The notes beneath the pieces were generated by a model. That model searched no databases, was not told where the DNA came from, and saw only the letters and a list, made by a program, of their open reading frames with translations. Below, one piece after another: positions 1 to 12,200 of a stretch of DNA of 64,000 nt. The DNA lies in the NCBI RefSeq assembly GCF_963853765.1, contig NC_088854.1:44702001-44766000 (forward strand). Direction: 5' to 3'. The position numbers were made by a program, and so were the translations under genes. Source of the stretch: Magallana gigas (taxonomy: Eukaryota). Every line of letters starts with the position of its first letter. The first letter of the stretch is position 1.

Positions 1-125
1 TGAAAATAAACGAGAAAGTGAAAATGGAAACGGAGATACTCATCTGTAGCGAAAAAAAACGTTGATATGTAAGACGAAATGTGCCAATTTTGAATTCTAA
101 GTACAATTTATATGTTTTATTTTAG

Positions 126-247
126 CTGTGTTCATTGTAAATAGGGACCGTACGCCGGTGGAGGAATGTTTGTCTACCATGTTACTCTGTGACCCATTAA
201 CGTCTAAATATCTTTGGGAGTACCTCTTGAATTCTAACATAGCATAG
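126..247 (+). CDS. Possible terminal coding exon of a gene starting left of the window
   Basis: Acceptor ttttag at 124-125 is followed by an open phase-1 frame (x)VFIVNRDRTPVEECLSTMLLCDPLTSKYLWEYLLNSNIA ending TAG at 245-247. No family recognised. Confidence 0.35.
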
Positions 248-1099
248 CAACGACCCAGTAGCAAGTTTTTATCTACCAAAGTTAAAAGACATCTTCTTTA
301 TATTCATCACAGCTAATTTATTTGAACACGTATTCTTCCTGCAAGAGAACCCCGTATCTTTCATTTGACGCCTATTTCGTTTTTATCTATTTGCTCTGGT
401 ATATTATTTTTTTGACGCCAATAATTTGCTGTACCTAATTGCTTATTTATTCTTTTAACCCTCGGCTAATGAAAAGCCGTCTTGGGATTCACCTTGATAT
501 TATGTATATACATCAATGCTATGAATGTGACATCGTCATTAATGATTAAAAATCACGTATTTCTGCAATAGTGGTTTGCAAAAGAATGTATACATTTTTG
601 AGTTTGAAATAAAATTATAAATTACGTACATGTGTATTTAATTTTGCGTGCAAAGAGAATCAAATTTACGCAACGCTATTATAATACTTGTCAGATAAAT
701 TTATTTTTAGTACTTCACGTAGAACATTTACTAACATTGAGAAACTCTCAAACAGATATAGAATTTTTTGCTTTTACAAAAATAATTTATAGTAAAAACA
801 TGAGGCTTAATTCAAAATAGATCTTGTTGAAATTTTGTTAACATAAGGCCCGATTTTCTTATATTAATTATATGCTGGACCATTTCGTAAGATATTTTGT
901 TGTTTTCACCATCAAAGACAAGTTTAGACTGCATGTGAAAATTTCCGTGACGGTTTAAGATATTTTTGAATGAAAAAGGAATACTTTTGGCTAACGTAGT
1001 CACAATTTTCGAACATATTTTGAGACGTATTTTGTATGCGTGATTTTAAGACTTATTTCATATTGTTCCATATTGTTGAAACATATGAAGCATTGGAAT

Positions 1100-1610
1100 T
1101 TGAATAGAAATATATACATGCATTGGAGTACGTATAAGTGAATATATTTATTGGGAACTTATTTAGGGTATGGATAAAAATTGAGATTTGACAAATGTTG
1201 AATAAATAAAATGAGCCAATTCGTTTATTGAAAGCGCAATTTGAGTTTTGATGGATAGAACTTTGCAGAACGGGGTAACTAGGAACGTGGTTTGACTAAT
1301 CAACGTCATGGCAGAAAGTGTAGTTAATTTTAGTTAGTTAAGTGAGTTAATTTTCGGGCAGTTACATTTTACCTTGGGTATGATAAATTTGGTTAAAGAT
1401 GTGCAAATGAATATGCATAAACTAGTACTAGCCTTTATAAATTATATATTTTTTTCATACCTCTACAGATTGGAGGTGAACCTTAAACATTGAATTGCGA
1501 CCTATGAATAGATTGTGCTAAAACACTACGTCATTATGAATAAATGATGATGGCATAAAACGGGGAGGTTGAATGGGAGAAGGGAAACTTCTTTTATCTT
1601 TTAAAATTCT
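1100..1610 (+). repeat. Diverged direct repeat, copy 1 (partner ~7050-7490)
   Basis: Shared blocks such as gaataaataaaatgagcca...gaaagcgcaattt...gatggatagaacttt...cagaacggggta and ctacagattgg...gaacctta occur in the same order in both copies. Boundaries approximate. Confidence 0.75.
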
Positions 1611-2529
1611 TATTTGGCACAATGATTATGGAATTTGTTTACTTGAATATTAATTTGTTTATTTTGTACGTAAATAAGTGTTATGTATGTTATCATATAA
1701 AAGATACTCGACGGCACTATTTAGGGAGAGACACTATACGATCCTCCATACGATCTGTACCAAGTAAACTTTTGGAAAAGACGTTTTATTTCTCTTATTG
1801 GCTTACAAGTGGTAAAAATTATCCTTCGGATACGTCTTAATTTTTTTAATACGATATGATAAATCATAAGCTGTTATTAAGTGAAGAAAATAATTAGATA
1901 TGTTTGTTTTCAAACTTTAAAATGTTTTCCTATGTCTTTTTATATAACTCGGATTAATATAGTCTAAATATGTCGAAGACCATTGAGGCCTTAGAGGATC
2001 TTAACTAAGTTTTAAAAGGAAAGGTCAGACGAGTAAGCTAAGACAGGTACATGTGCAGTCGGCATCTCACCAGCAGAAACTGTACGAAACACTGTTTATA
2101 TCTAACTGTTCGGTAAATCAAACACCTGATCAGGTCGGCAGGAATCGCAAACTGTTGTATATGGGTTGTTTTTTACACCCAACAGCAAAAAGGTAGATTC
2201 GTATCAATCTTTTCAATTCAGCGATTAGATCTATGTAACATTTCAGTTCACGTTTCAATTATTTGTTGAATGGCTACAACACCGTTCAACAGTCTCTTAA
2301 AACGAATAGCTGCTAATACTCGTGAAGCAACATGATACCATCATTTAATATGAGAATCTGGTTACGGAAAATGCCCTTATTATTTTTTAGATGCATGTCG
2401 ACTTGTTTTTGCTTAAAGACAACAGCTACAAAACTAGACATTTTCTTGTACAGCTTTTACTAAATTTCAAAAAGCCGAATAGCTGATCCATATTTTAACG
2501 AACGTCAGTCTGAGTTTAGATATGATATT

Positions 2530-3550
2530 AGGCGTAATTGCTTGCTATTTCATCTTCTCCAGAACCATTAGGCCACTTTAAACCAAACAGGCACAAAGCA
2601 TTCTTTTCTCTTTGACATGACCTGTAAGTTTGTTCTTATGGAGGGCAAATTTCCCTTCAAAAAAGGCAAATACATGTAAGTTGGAAAGAGGAAAAATATG
2701 GATTAGTATTTTAAAATCTCTTTCTCCATAACCACTCGGCCAATTTGAAAAAAAACTTCGGTAGATAATTAAGAAAGAGTGAAAATAACGTTGAATAATT
2801 TAAAGTTTTCTTCAGGGCAGTCAAACCAATTTTAACCAAACTTGGCAGTAAGCATCCTTGAAGGTAAGGCTTTCAAGTTTGTTCCAAATGAGGGCTAGTT
2901 TACCTTTCATGTTGGGTATAACTGGGAAAAGGTGAATATGTGCTTTAAAAATCGTTTTCTCAAGAAACAAAAAATCTGATAGGTACAATTAAAACCTTAA
3001 CATTAGCTTTCTGATAAATGGTAGGAAAATCCTAACGCAGGTTCAAAGTTCATAAAATGAATAAGTGGAAGAAAACACATAAATAATTTATCTGAAGAAT
3101 AAAGCGACTTTAATTTGTAATTATCGATAAGGAGGTCGCTTTTACATGACTGTTTAATACCAAATTCTAAGTTCAGCAGTGGGTTTACCACTGTCAGTCA
3201 AAATGAGGTGGGGAGATTGAATTAATAGGTTTTATATAGAAGTTCTTACAAAGCAATCATCTAAAAGATATTCATGTGTACTATTNNNNNNNNNNNNNNN
3301 NNNNNNNNNNNNNNNNNNNNNNNNNNNNNNNNNNNNNNNNNNNNNNNNNNNNNNNNNNNNNNNNNNNNNNNNNNNNNNNNNNNNNNNNNNNNNNNNNNNN
3401 NNNNNNNNNNNNNNNNNNNNNNNNNNNTTAATGAAACCTCGCATCTATGTCAGAGAGTTGATTTAGATTGGATAGCCAGTCCTTGATTCCAAACGCTGTT
3501 GCTAGTTGATAAGAGTTATGGCAAGTTACTTAGGTGAGCGATGTGCCCGC
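2530..3550. mobile_element. Helentron/HINE-like non-autonomous element with satellite-like internal repeats, interrupted by an assembly gap
   Basis: Recurring motifs aaccaaactt..., aagcatcctt, caagtttgttc; ends with taggtgagcgatgtgccc (~3532-3549), like the ends at ~10801, ~13024 and ~17552. Boundaries approximate. Confidence 0.55.
3286..3427. other. Assembly gap (142 N)
   Basis: Run of N directly in the sequence. Confidence 0.99.
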
Positions 3551-5063
3551 TTTTGACTCTTTATCTGGACAAGAAGTCGAGAACAGTGCATAATATGAAA
3601 ACCTTTGCATTGGATTTTTTTTCCAGATTAACTGAGAAGATGCTTTGTGAAAACATCGGACGCTAAGAGGAAGCCAAAGTTACTTGTATTTAACTTTGGC
3701 TCTGCTAAGCAATAAAAGACTAAAATGTATTATGATATACATTTTTGATAACAAAAGTAAATATATATATATCGATATTTTGGAAAATTTGTTCAAATAT
3801 TAACCAATTCACGAAAAAAAATCTATTATAAGAACCACGTGTTTCAACAGAAAAATATAAACAATCTGTTTCTTTCCCAGTTTTTAATAATAAGATTGTT
3901 AAAATTTGCGAATTATTGATTGACATGGTGGATATAAAAGTAGGATACTGTTTCCCTTAACCCAACGATTCGTATGCAGTGTGCAGGGCGCTGTAGCTTT
4001 CCTGTTAATTTTATCATGCGTTACGACAAAAAATTCGTGTTCTTTGTTTCATATGCGAACAAAAGAATAAAATGTAATTAAATTGATGTCAAATTTTCTT
4101 CCTTACTTCTTTTTATCTTTCGATGGTCCTCCAAAGACAAAAAAAACCGCGTATATTTTCAGCAAGATTTTGTAATTTTATATATTTTGCCGATGTTCAG
4201 CGGAGGATGGACATATAGGGTCCTCCACACATATGGGAAAGGTTTTTAATACGAGCCCATTCTTCTACGTACATTACTTAACAACATGGATTTTTATCAT
4301 GTGTTCGACTTGAAAATGACCAAAAAATATTTCAATTGGAGAGGGAGTGTCAACTTTTAAAATTTTATCACTTTTCATGAAAATTTAAGTTCCTTCCGTG
4401 ATCGATTTCGGGACCTGCGGGTTGAGAGATCAAATCTTCATCCCAAAAAATCTCATGTGTTGTGACGTACCGTCATAAAAGTACGCGTAGAAGTCACGGG
4501 GTGTCGATGATCGTTCAGGCGGGGATACAATGTAGTTGATACAATACAACAGACTGTTACAGAAGAATTATTCAGCTAGTATTCGGCTAGTATTATTTTA
4601 ATAGTAAATCTAAATTCAAACTTTATCAAAGTATGCCTCACAGGCACATGGAATTATGTAATTTTCTCATAGTAAAGAACCATACCCTCTACCTTTTAAT
4701 AAACAAGATACACATCGTCGCCATCTTGGATTTATTTCAAACTTTCACATCAGCTTGACTCATCTGTAGTTTTTTTACGATCGTCTCCGTCTTTTGATCG
4801 GTCCTTCAACTCCTATGCTTACAGCCAATTCATCAAAAACGGCACATTACACCTGTCATTTTAATAAAATCACCCATCAATCTGCATCTACTGGCTAAGA
4901 CATGCGATAAATTTCAAAATGGAGGACGAAAGTTTACACCTTTAATAATGTAAATAAGATTTCCTTGCATCATGTGTTTTTGTTAATATCTAAACTTATA
5001 AATTAAGACATTTTGCCAATAAACTACGGAATGCCTGCACCAGAGTAACTGCTTACACCTTAA

Positions 5064-6882
5064 AGGGTACCTGCAGCCAAGCCGATGTGAAACATATGTC
5101 AAAGAGTTTAATTACCAAAATTGAATGCAAAAAACCGCATCGAAATCGATGCAAAAATAACGGAGTTACGCCGCTTCAAAGTGGCTATTTTTACCTGCTT
5201 TGGGAAATCTAATCAAGAGAAAACAGAATTAGGCGATATCGAGGCTTCAGCGGAAGTGACGTCACGAGGTCAACAGGAGGGAAATTCCTTTACAAAGCTA
5301 TACAAATTAAATTCGATTTTTCAGCCAAAATGACTGACATAGGTCAGATGTTTTGACGTATCTAGTTATTTTAAGTGTTGTAGATTTAGAAATTTATATC
5401 CGTAATTATTTTATTACAGTCAGATTTCTTTTTAAAGGATTTTAAGATTTGCTATTCTCGTCGCCTTTTTACCGATTAATACAATAACTTAAAACACTTG
5501 CATGGGCATATTTATGTTCATTATTCATTTTTTGATTACATAATATCCTTTCACACACGAGTGATCTGAGACAATGACTCAGGTAAACAGGTAAACTAAC
5601 GAAGCCACTGCTCCAGACACACGTGTATCTGGGGTATGTATACACATGGTACACGAGTCTGGTGAACAAAGAGAGGGTTTCACACCTCTAGACTGGTAAA
5701 TTGATTTGTGTATAATTAGCTACTCAATTGTTTAACCAAAAAAAAACCCAGAAATAAATCAGACTCTGCAAAATCAATCATTCGTAAGCTAGGCCTAATA
5801 CATGTGTATAGTCCGTTAATCAGTGATTAAAGAATCATGCATGAGACAATCAAATAGTAAACTAATGTTCGAAGTAAATGCCTTTATTGTTACTTATCTA
5901 ATCACTTAAATAATGACCAAATTTACAATTCAGCAATTTAAACCCTTTTTTATGTGATCAAGTATTTATTTCGGAAGCCCTGTGGTCAGCAGTTTAGTTA
6001 ACGCTTTAACTCCATATAGCTTAAATTGTTATACTGACAACGATTTATTATGAAATCTGAATAAACTTGAACATTTTGACAAAGGATGTAAATAAATGTA
6101 AAATAAAATTCCATTATCGTATTTTTACTGAAAGAATACGAGACAGACTTAATCATGCAGCCATCTTGGACTTTCGCCTTGATCCGTTTATAATACCGTG
6201 TTTTGTTAAAGAATGCATACTATTTTGATTGTTATTGGTCCGATATCAATATTTTTGAATAATCGGCCGACATCATTTGAAATTTTATGCCTTATACGAG
6301 GAATAGACCCCGCGTTACCTTTTACGAAATATGTATTATCAATATTATTAATCAGTTAATAATGTCACGGAAAAACCATTCGAAAGAATGACAATATTAA
6401 CAAATTATGTTTCTTATAAAAATAGGGATTTGATTAATTGTCATTTTGTTACATATGGTGTGCATTTATATGGAAAATGTGTTACACATTTGACTAAATT
6501 CATGAAGCAAACAATTTTCCGAATTCGGCATTTTTGTTCGATAAAATACGGGTTTAAACTCAGACAACAGTATATTTAGTCATCCAGGGTTGATAAGTAA
6601 ATAAAACAACAGAAAAAAATGTTCAGATATCGATAAAACAATGCAAGAAAACGAACAGTTTTCCTACGATATTCCTGTTTCTCATACAGCGGCGTTGACC
6701 CCGTGACGTCACAGCTCATCTCGCGCCAAATCGGCTTGATTCAAAACTCGTTCAGGTGTGAAATCGGGTTTTCCCCAAATATCTCGAAAACTACTTATGC
6801 GATCGCTGTAAAATTTTCAGGATGATGTTTTTACACATAGATCTTCATTATATCAAAAATTGACCGGCACTGCAGGTACCCT
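5064..6882. mobile_element. Non-autonomous TIR element with TTAA target duplication (Kolobok-like), 1.8 kb
   Basis: TTAA(5060-5063)|AGGGTACCTGCAG ... CTGCAGGTACCCT|TTAA(6883-6886): perfect 13-bp TIR with RR/YY termini. No transposase ORF. Confidence 0.75.
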
Positions 6883-7049
6883 TTAAGTATTTCATTACGT
6901 GTGGAATGATGTCCGTAAGCTGTAATTTAATTTTAACTGATAAGTAATTATCGCGAAATAAATTAAAAAGCTACTTTCATTTTCGATTAATCAGTCTAAA
7001 ATAGCAAAAATAATCGAAATACATGTACATTTATAGGCTTGCAATGAAA

Positions 7050-7490
7050 TAATATTGAATTACTGGTATTACGTAAAGAATGTTTATATTTACTGGGAAT
7101 TTTTTAGGGTATACATAGAAAGTAAGATATGACAAAATTTGAATAAATAAAATGAGCCATTTCGTTTCTTGAAAGCGCAATTTTAGTTTTGATGGATAGA
7201 ACTTTCCAGAACGGGGTAGCCAAGAACTAATTAACGTATTGGCGGAAAGTGTAGGGCGAGCTAAATAAATCATCGGGCAGTTGCCTTGGATAGAAAACTT
7301 AACTGAAGATATGCAAATTATACAATGTATTTACTCGCGTTTTTCAATTGCTTGCATCTTTATACCACTACAGATTGGTACTGAACCTTATATTTTAATT
7401 TATGAAACATGAACAGATTGTGTTAACAACTCTACGATGATGTATGCATAAAAAGGGAGAGTTGATTTTTTTAGGGGGGGGGGGGGCAGT
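7050..7490 (+). repeat. Diverged direct repeat, copy 2 (partner ~1100-1610)
   Basis: Same ordered blocks as copy 1. Boundaries approximate. Confidence 0.75.
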
Positions 7491-8079
7491 CTTTCATCTG
7501 AAGTTCTTGAGACAGTGATAATAGTTGATAGTTGTAGTGAAATTATTATACCTTCAGAACAAAATTTAGAAAAGAGATACGACACTATTCACCAACTCAC
7601 TGGTTTGAGATGAAATAAAAAAAGTTTTAATGTTATATAATTTTTCAAGTCAGCTGCAACAAAAGGAATAAAGGCCATGCATGCACACGCACATGAAGGA
7701 TTGTATCATTCAATGCATAAAGTGTTAATTATAAAGCATAATCAAATGAACTAGAAAATTTCAAAGCAAATATTTTGTTTCATATTTTATAGAATTCTCT
7801 CTCAAAAAAGAAAATACTTGGGCGTTTTTATCCAAACATGTTTCATACGCTCTAGCCAAGCTAATGAAGCATTGAATATAATTATGTAGAAACTGCGTTT
7901 TAGCAATATAAAGACTTATAGGCAATTTTAAAGATATGTTTTAAAAACTTTCCATTTTTTCAAACTGTATTCAAACTTATCATGTAAATTTAATTGTCTC
8001 ATTGTTCCACTCAATCTGCTGTTCTATTGCGGTTTGTTTTTAAAATGTGACACTAGTATGTGGTATGTATGCAAGCCTA

Positions 8080-8550
8080 TAGCCGTTCCAAGATATTGTT
8101 TCCATCACTTTTTGATGATTTTTAATAAAAATACACATACCTGTGAAAGAAATACAGTTGAAATCGATGAAAGGGAATATATCAAGATATCTTCATTGAA
8201 CAATTATCATTTTTCACTCATGAAAGTTCACAGGAACGAAAAACAGATTTCTTACGGAGAGTTATAATTGGAAATGTTTACATCTTTTCTCCATTCGGAA
8301 ATACTCGGGATACCTCGCGCAATTTTTCAACGTTATCATCGGGGCTTATTAATGGCTGATGCAATGCAAAATCCCCGTAGACTTTCTATATTTGGATGTG
8401 TATTGAAACCTGAAGCGGTAGAGGGGGCGTTTCAAAACAGATAATCTGGACATTTTTCATATTAGTGGATGAACGAAGTTTGAGCACAAAGGTATTTATC
8501 ATTATCGAAATATCAAGCAAAAAGTGATGGAAGCAAAAACTCGGGACAGA
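8080..8550. mobile_element. ~470-bp TA-flanked MITE (Tc1/mariner-like), diverged copy
   Basis: Aligns over its length with 14509-14982 and 43868-44341; degenerate left TIR tagccgttccaagatattgtttcca, right end ggaagcaaaaactcgggacaga. Confidence 0.85.
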
Positions 8551-9255
8551 TTTTAAAAGAAATTGCGTAGAGTCAAGCTCTTTTGTGCTGTTTGATGCTT
8601 TGTTAAATTACTGAACCTAGTCTCATTGGTAGGATATGCAAAAGTCTTCCCTACCCCCCTCCCCCACCCCACTCCCCTCCGCTTTGAGTTCCTTATTGAA
8701 TACTTTTCATCGATCGCCCACGTCAATTTCGTTTATTATTATTTTGATTTATTGAGTACATGGCACGGGAAAGAGAGATCCTGTCCCGGTTTATTGGCCA
8801 ATCGGTGAGTAGTCATCCATTGTGTTCCACAGAGGTAAACAAAATTTCGCTATCTGACCCTTATATTTGGTGCTTTACCGTATTGGATTTTTTGGACAGT
8901 ACGTTTTCATTCAACCATAGGTATGTATACATATGTTGGTTTTTATCATAAAATGTGTGTAGAAACACACATACTGGAATAAAATTTATTGTTTTCAGCT
9001 CTGAGTGATTACTCATTCATTCCCCTCTACTAATAACTAACTTTCGAAGTATTTTTATTTTATTTTTGTTAAGCTAAACTTCCTAAAAGAACACATATCC
9101 CGCACTGCTATATATATTTATACACACCAGCACTTGACACCAATTTAGTTTGAATGCATATGCATATAGATGTATATAAACCAATCAGATCTTGTTTGAT
9201 TTGTAGAACCTGTTGAAATTTAGGACAAATATCGCTTCTCCCCACCAAGGCAGGC

Positions 9256-12200
9256 ATGTTTACCTTTCTAAGGTAGGATCCTCGACTTCAGAGTGTGACA
9301 ATAGCGGTATTCATTAAATGTTATGTATTCTTACATATTACCAATACCTTTAGTTATAAGGAAAACCAACGTGTAAAAGACCAGACATTCAGTTTCGTAA
9401 AGTACTTAGGCTTAGCCGTAAATATAAAGAGCCATCCATTGATAACTTGCTTGAGGCTAATAATTGTACAGTCATCTTTATGGAGGCTAATGGTCAACAA
9501 ATTAACCGTCAGATTTTTCTTTAAGTCTCAGATATGACGTCTTCAGCTATAAATAATCATTGCAAAAAAAATACGTATTTTTTGGCATAAAAGTTTAAAT
9601 ATTTTGCTATATATTTATAGGAAGGTCTTTTTAACCAGATTTATATAGTGTAAAAATGGCCACGGCCATTTAGCCCTCTCAAACAGCTCAATTCAGAAAA
9701 TGCTTCATGTTCGATGCTAAACTTTCGCTAATCTCTAATGATATATTTACAGAACAAGACCAAATTTTCCTGGTTGAAAAAGCTTTACTTCCCCATACAC
9801 TCAACCCTTGAAACATATCATTGTCGGCTTTTAGAGATGGTTTATTTTTAACTCGAGCATTTCAGAAGCTTTTCAACTAGGGTTTTTATTAAACCAACAC
9901 GTCTATTTGTTAAATAATTAAAGGCAATAGTTAATGCACTTGAAAGACTGTAGGGTATTTCCATATTGCGTAACACAGTTTAAAGCTTCAGCAAGGGTAA
10001 TGATTTAAGATGTGCTGTGCACACTAAACACACACTTTGCGATGTTATTAACGGTTCTTGAATAACTAGTACCAGCATTAAAACTTCTCGTCATCCGTCG
10101 TTACTTCTTCTCTAGAACCAACCCTTTATAAAAGGGAGATAATTGCGAAAAGTGAAATAGGGTGAATGTCTTTAAAATGCTAATATTTAAACAAAAGCTT
10201 GTATATATAGTGAAGATTTTAAATTGATAAAATTATGACCCCGAACTAATACTGGGGCCGCAAAAGATGTTCAATGAGTAACATAAAAATATATAGAATT
10301 TTAAAAATATTCCTCTAAAGAACTATAATGCTACAATTTGTGAGATCACTATGCAGGCATCCTCCTACAATGTAGATTATAAATGTTAAAATCGTGACTC
10401 CTGGACTGATACTGGGGCTCTAAGAGGAGGTTAAAAATTAGCAAAGAAATATATAATGAAAATGTTTAAAAAAACTTCTTCTCAAAAAACTGCAAGCTAT
10501 GCAAGCATTCTTAAATAATGTAGATTCTAAATTGTAAAAATCGCGACGTCTGCACTAATACTTGGGTTCTCAAGAGGGGTTGAAAGTTAGGAAAATGTCT
10601 AGAATATTCATCTCAAGAACTACAGTGTTACAATTTGTTGGACTTCTGTGCAAGCATCCTCATATGATATAGATCATAAATTATTAAAATCGTAACCCTA
10701 GACTAATGCTTGGGCTACAAGAGGGGTTCAGTGTTTAACTTTGAAATATATTGGGAAAATATTAAAAAACTAAAATAAAATGGTAAAATGAACTATTGTT
10801 CAGATGAACGATGTGGCCCACGGGCCTCTTTTAATTGTTTATGTTATTTAAGGAATGAATATAATTTCTACCTATGTTATACGATATAACATAACTTGGG
10901 GCAGTTTACGATTTATAAACCGCGAAGTTATGTTATACTCGTTTAACATAAGTAGAAATTAAATTTATTCCTTATAATTTAATTTTCTACTATTTAAATT
11001 AGATAATAAGGCCCATTAATTAGTTAAAATATGTTAATCTGTACAAAATTTAAACGTAACGTTAAGCGGATTAATACGTTTCGCACGTGCGTCGTATTTT
11101 GACGTAGGCAAGTTATGTTATACGATATATATGAATTTGTTTAGCCAATCAAATGAGGCGTTACAATCAGAATTAACGAGGCCGAGTACAGAACGAGTAC
11201 GCACGCTTTAGCGCAGCGTTTCATTTGTATTGTGACGTCATCTTTTTGCTTTGTTGACGCCATGGCGTGATAGTTTCAACTGCAGCTATTCAGCGAGATT
11301 TGTTGAAAATAGCTCGTTTGATGCGTAAAATTGATATTATATTGTGGAATAAACATAAATGTTTCTAAGTATAAGCTATATTTGGGCTCGGGTCGAAAAC
11401 GTGAAGAGGGTTCAGCAAGCCTAGCCCTCTGTCACGTTTTCTTAACCCGCCTAAATATCGATTAATTCATTTATTTCAAGACATTAACCATGTATTTTAT
11501 ATTAATGACCCTTAAAGGTATACACGCTATAATTTGCGTCAATTTTGAATGACAGTGAAAACGCATGTGTTTGTCTACTTATAAAAGTTATCCTTAATCT
11601 GTAAATTACAATGGTAAATTCCATCTCGTTACAAAGATTTAGATTTTTAATTGTTTATTTTCCTGCCAGGAAAATATACCTTTTCATGAATATTGATGAA
11701 GGAAGAGCGAAACCGACCTCATTGCGCATGTCCGCAGAGAACTAGGTGGTCGTCATTGTTTGCCTAATTAAATATCCAGCTTGATTTTTAATATGCTTAA
11801 CAGTTGTTAATTTGAAATACATACATGTATAATGAGTAAAATACGTTTGTCATTCACGATACCCTTACTTCTGCATTAACACTTATAGGATCTATAAATA
11901 GCACATAGGGGAAAAACACAGGTCTACGTCATTTTTTTTAAAGGAAGTATTCATATCTACTCACAGGCTTTTATTTTTTTCTTTTGTTTGTACTCGTATA
12001 TCGGACAAATTTATGCTTTACTGAAAATATCCTTTCCTTTGTGAAACTATCACAATTATGAAGATGTTGACCCTTCACCAGTTTTGGTATGATAGACTAA
12101 ATTTAGCTGTCGATATCACGTGATAGATTGATATTCACGAGGAGGCATTACTTTCCTGGCAGGAAAATAAATATTTTTTATTGTTTAATATTTGATATAT

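Noticed and set aside
3232-3486. ORFs spanning the N run
   Set aside because: Artefacts of the assembly gap.
4693-4724. Minus-strand first exon aagATGGCG...AG|gtagag (MATMCILFIK)
   Set aside because: Good Kozak context and donor, but I found no downstream exons; CGCCATCTT is also a common YY1-like motif in repeats.
8034-8267. Similar ORFs at 8034, 14542-14988 and 44093-44618 as a small gene family
   Set aside because: They are chance frames within copies of the same ~470-bp MITE, and the frames are not conserved between copies.
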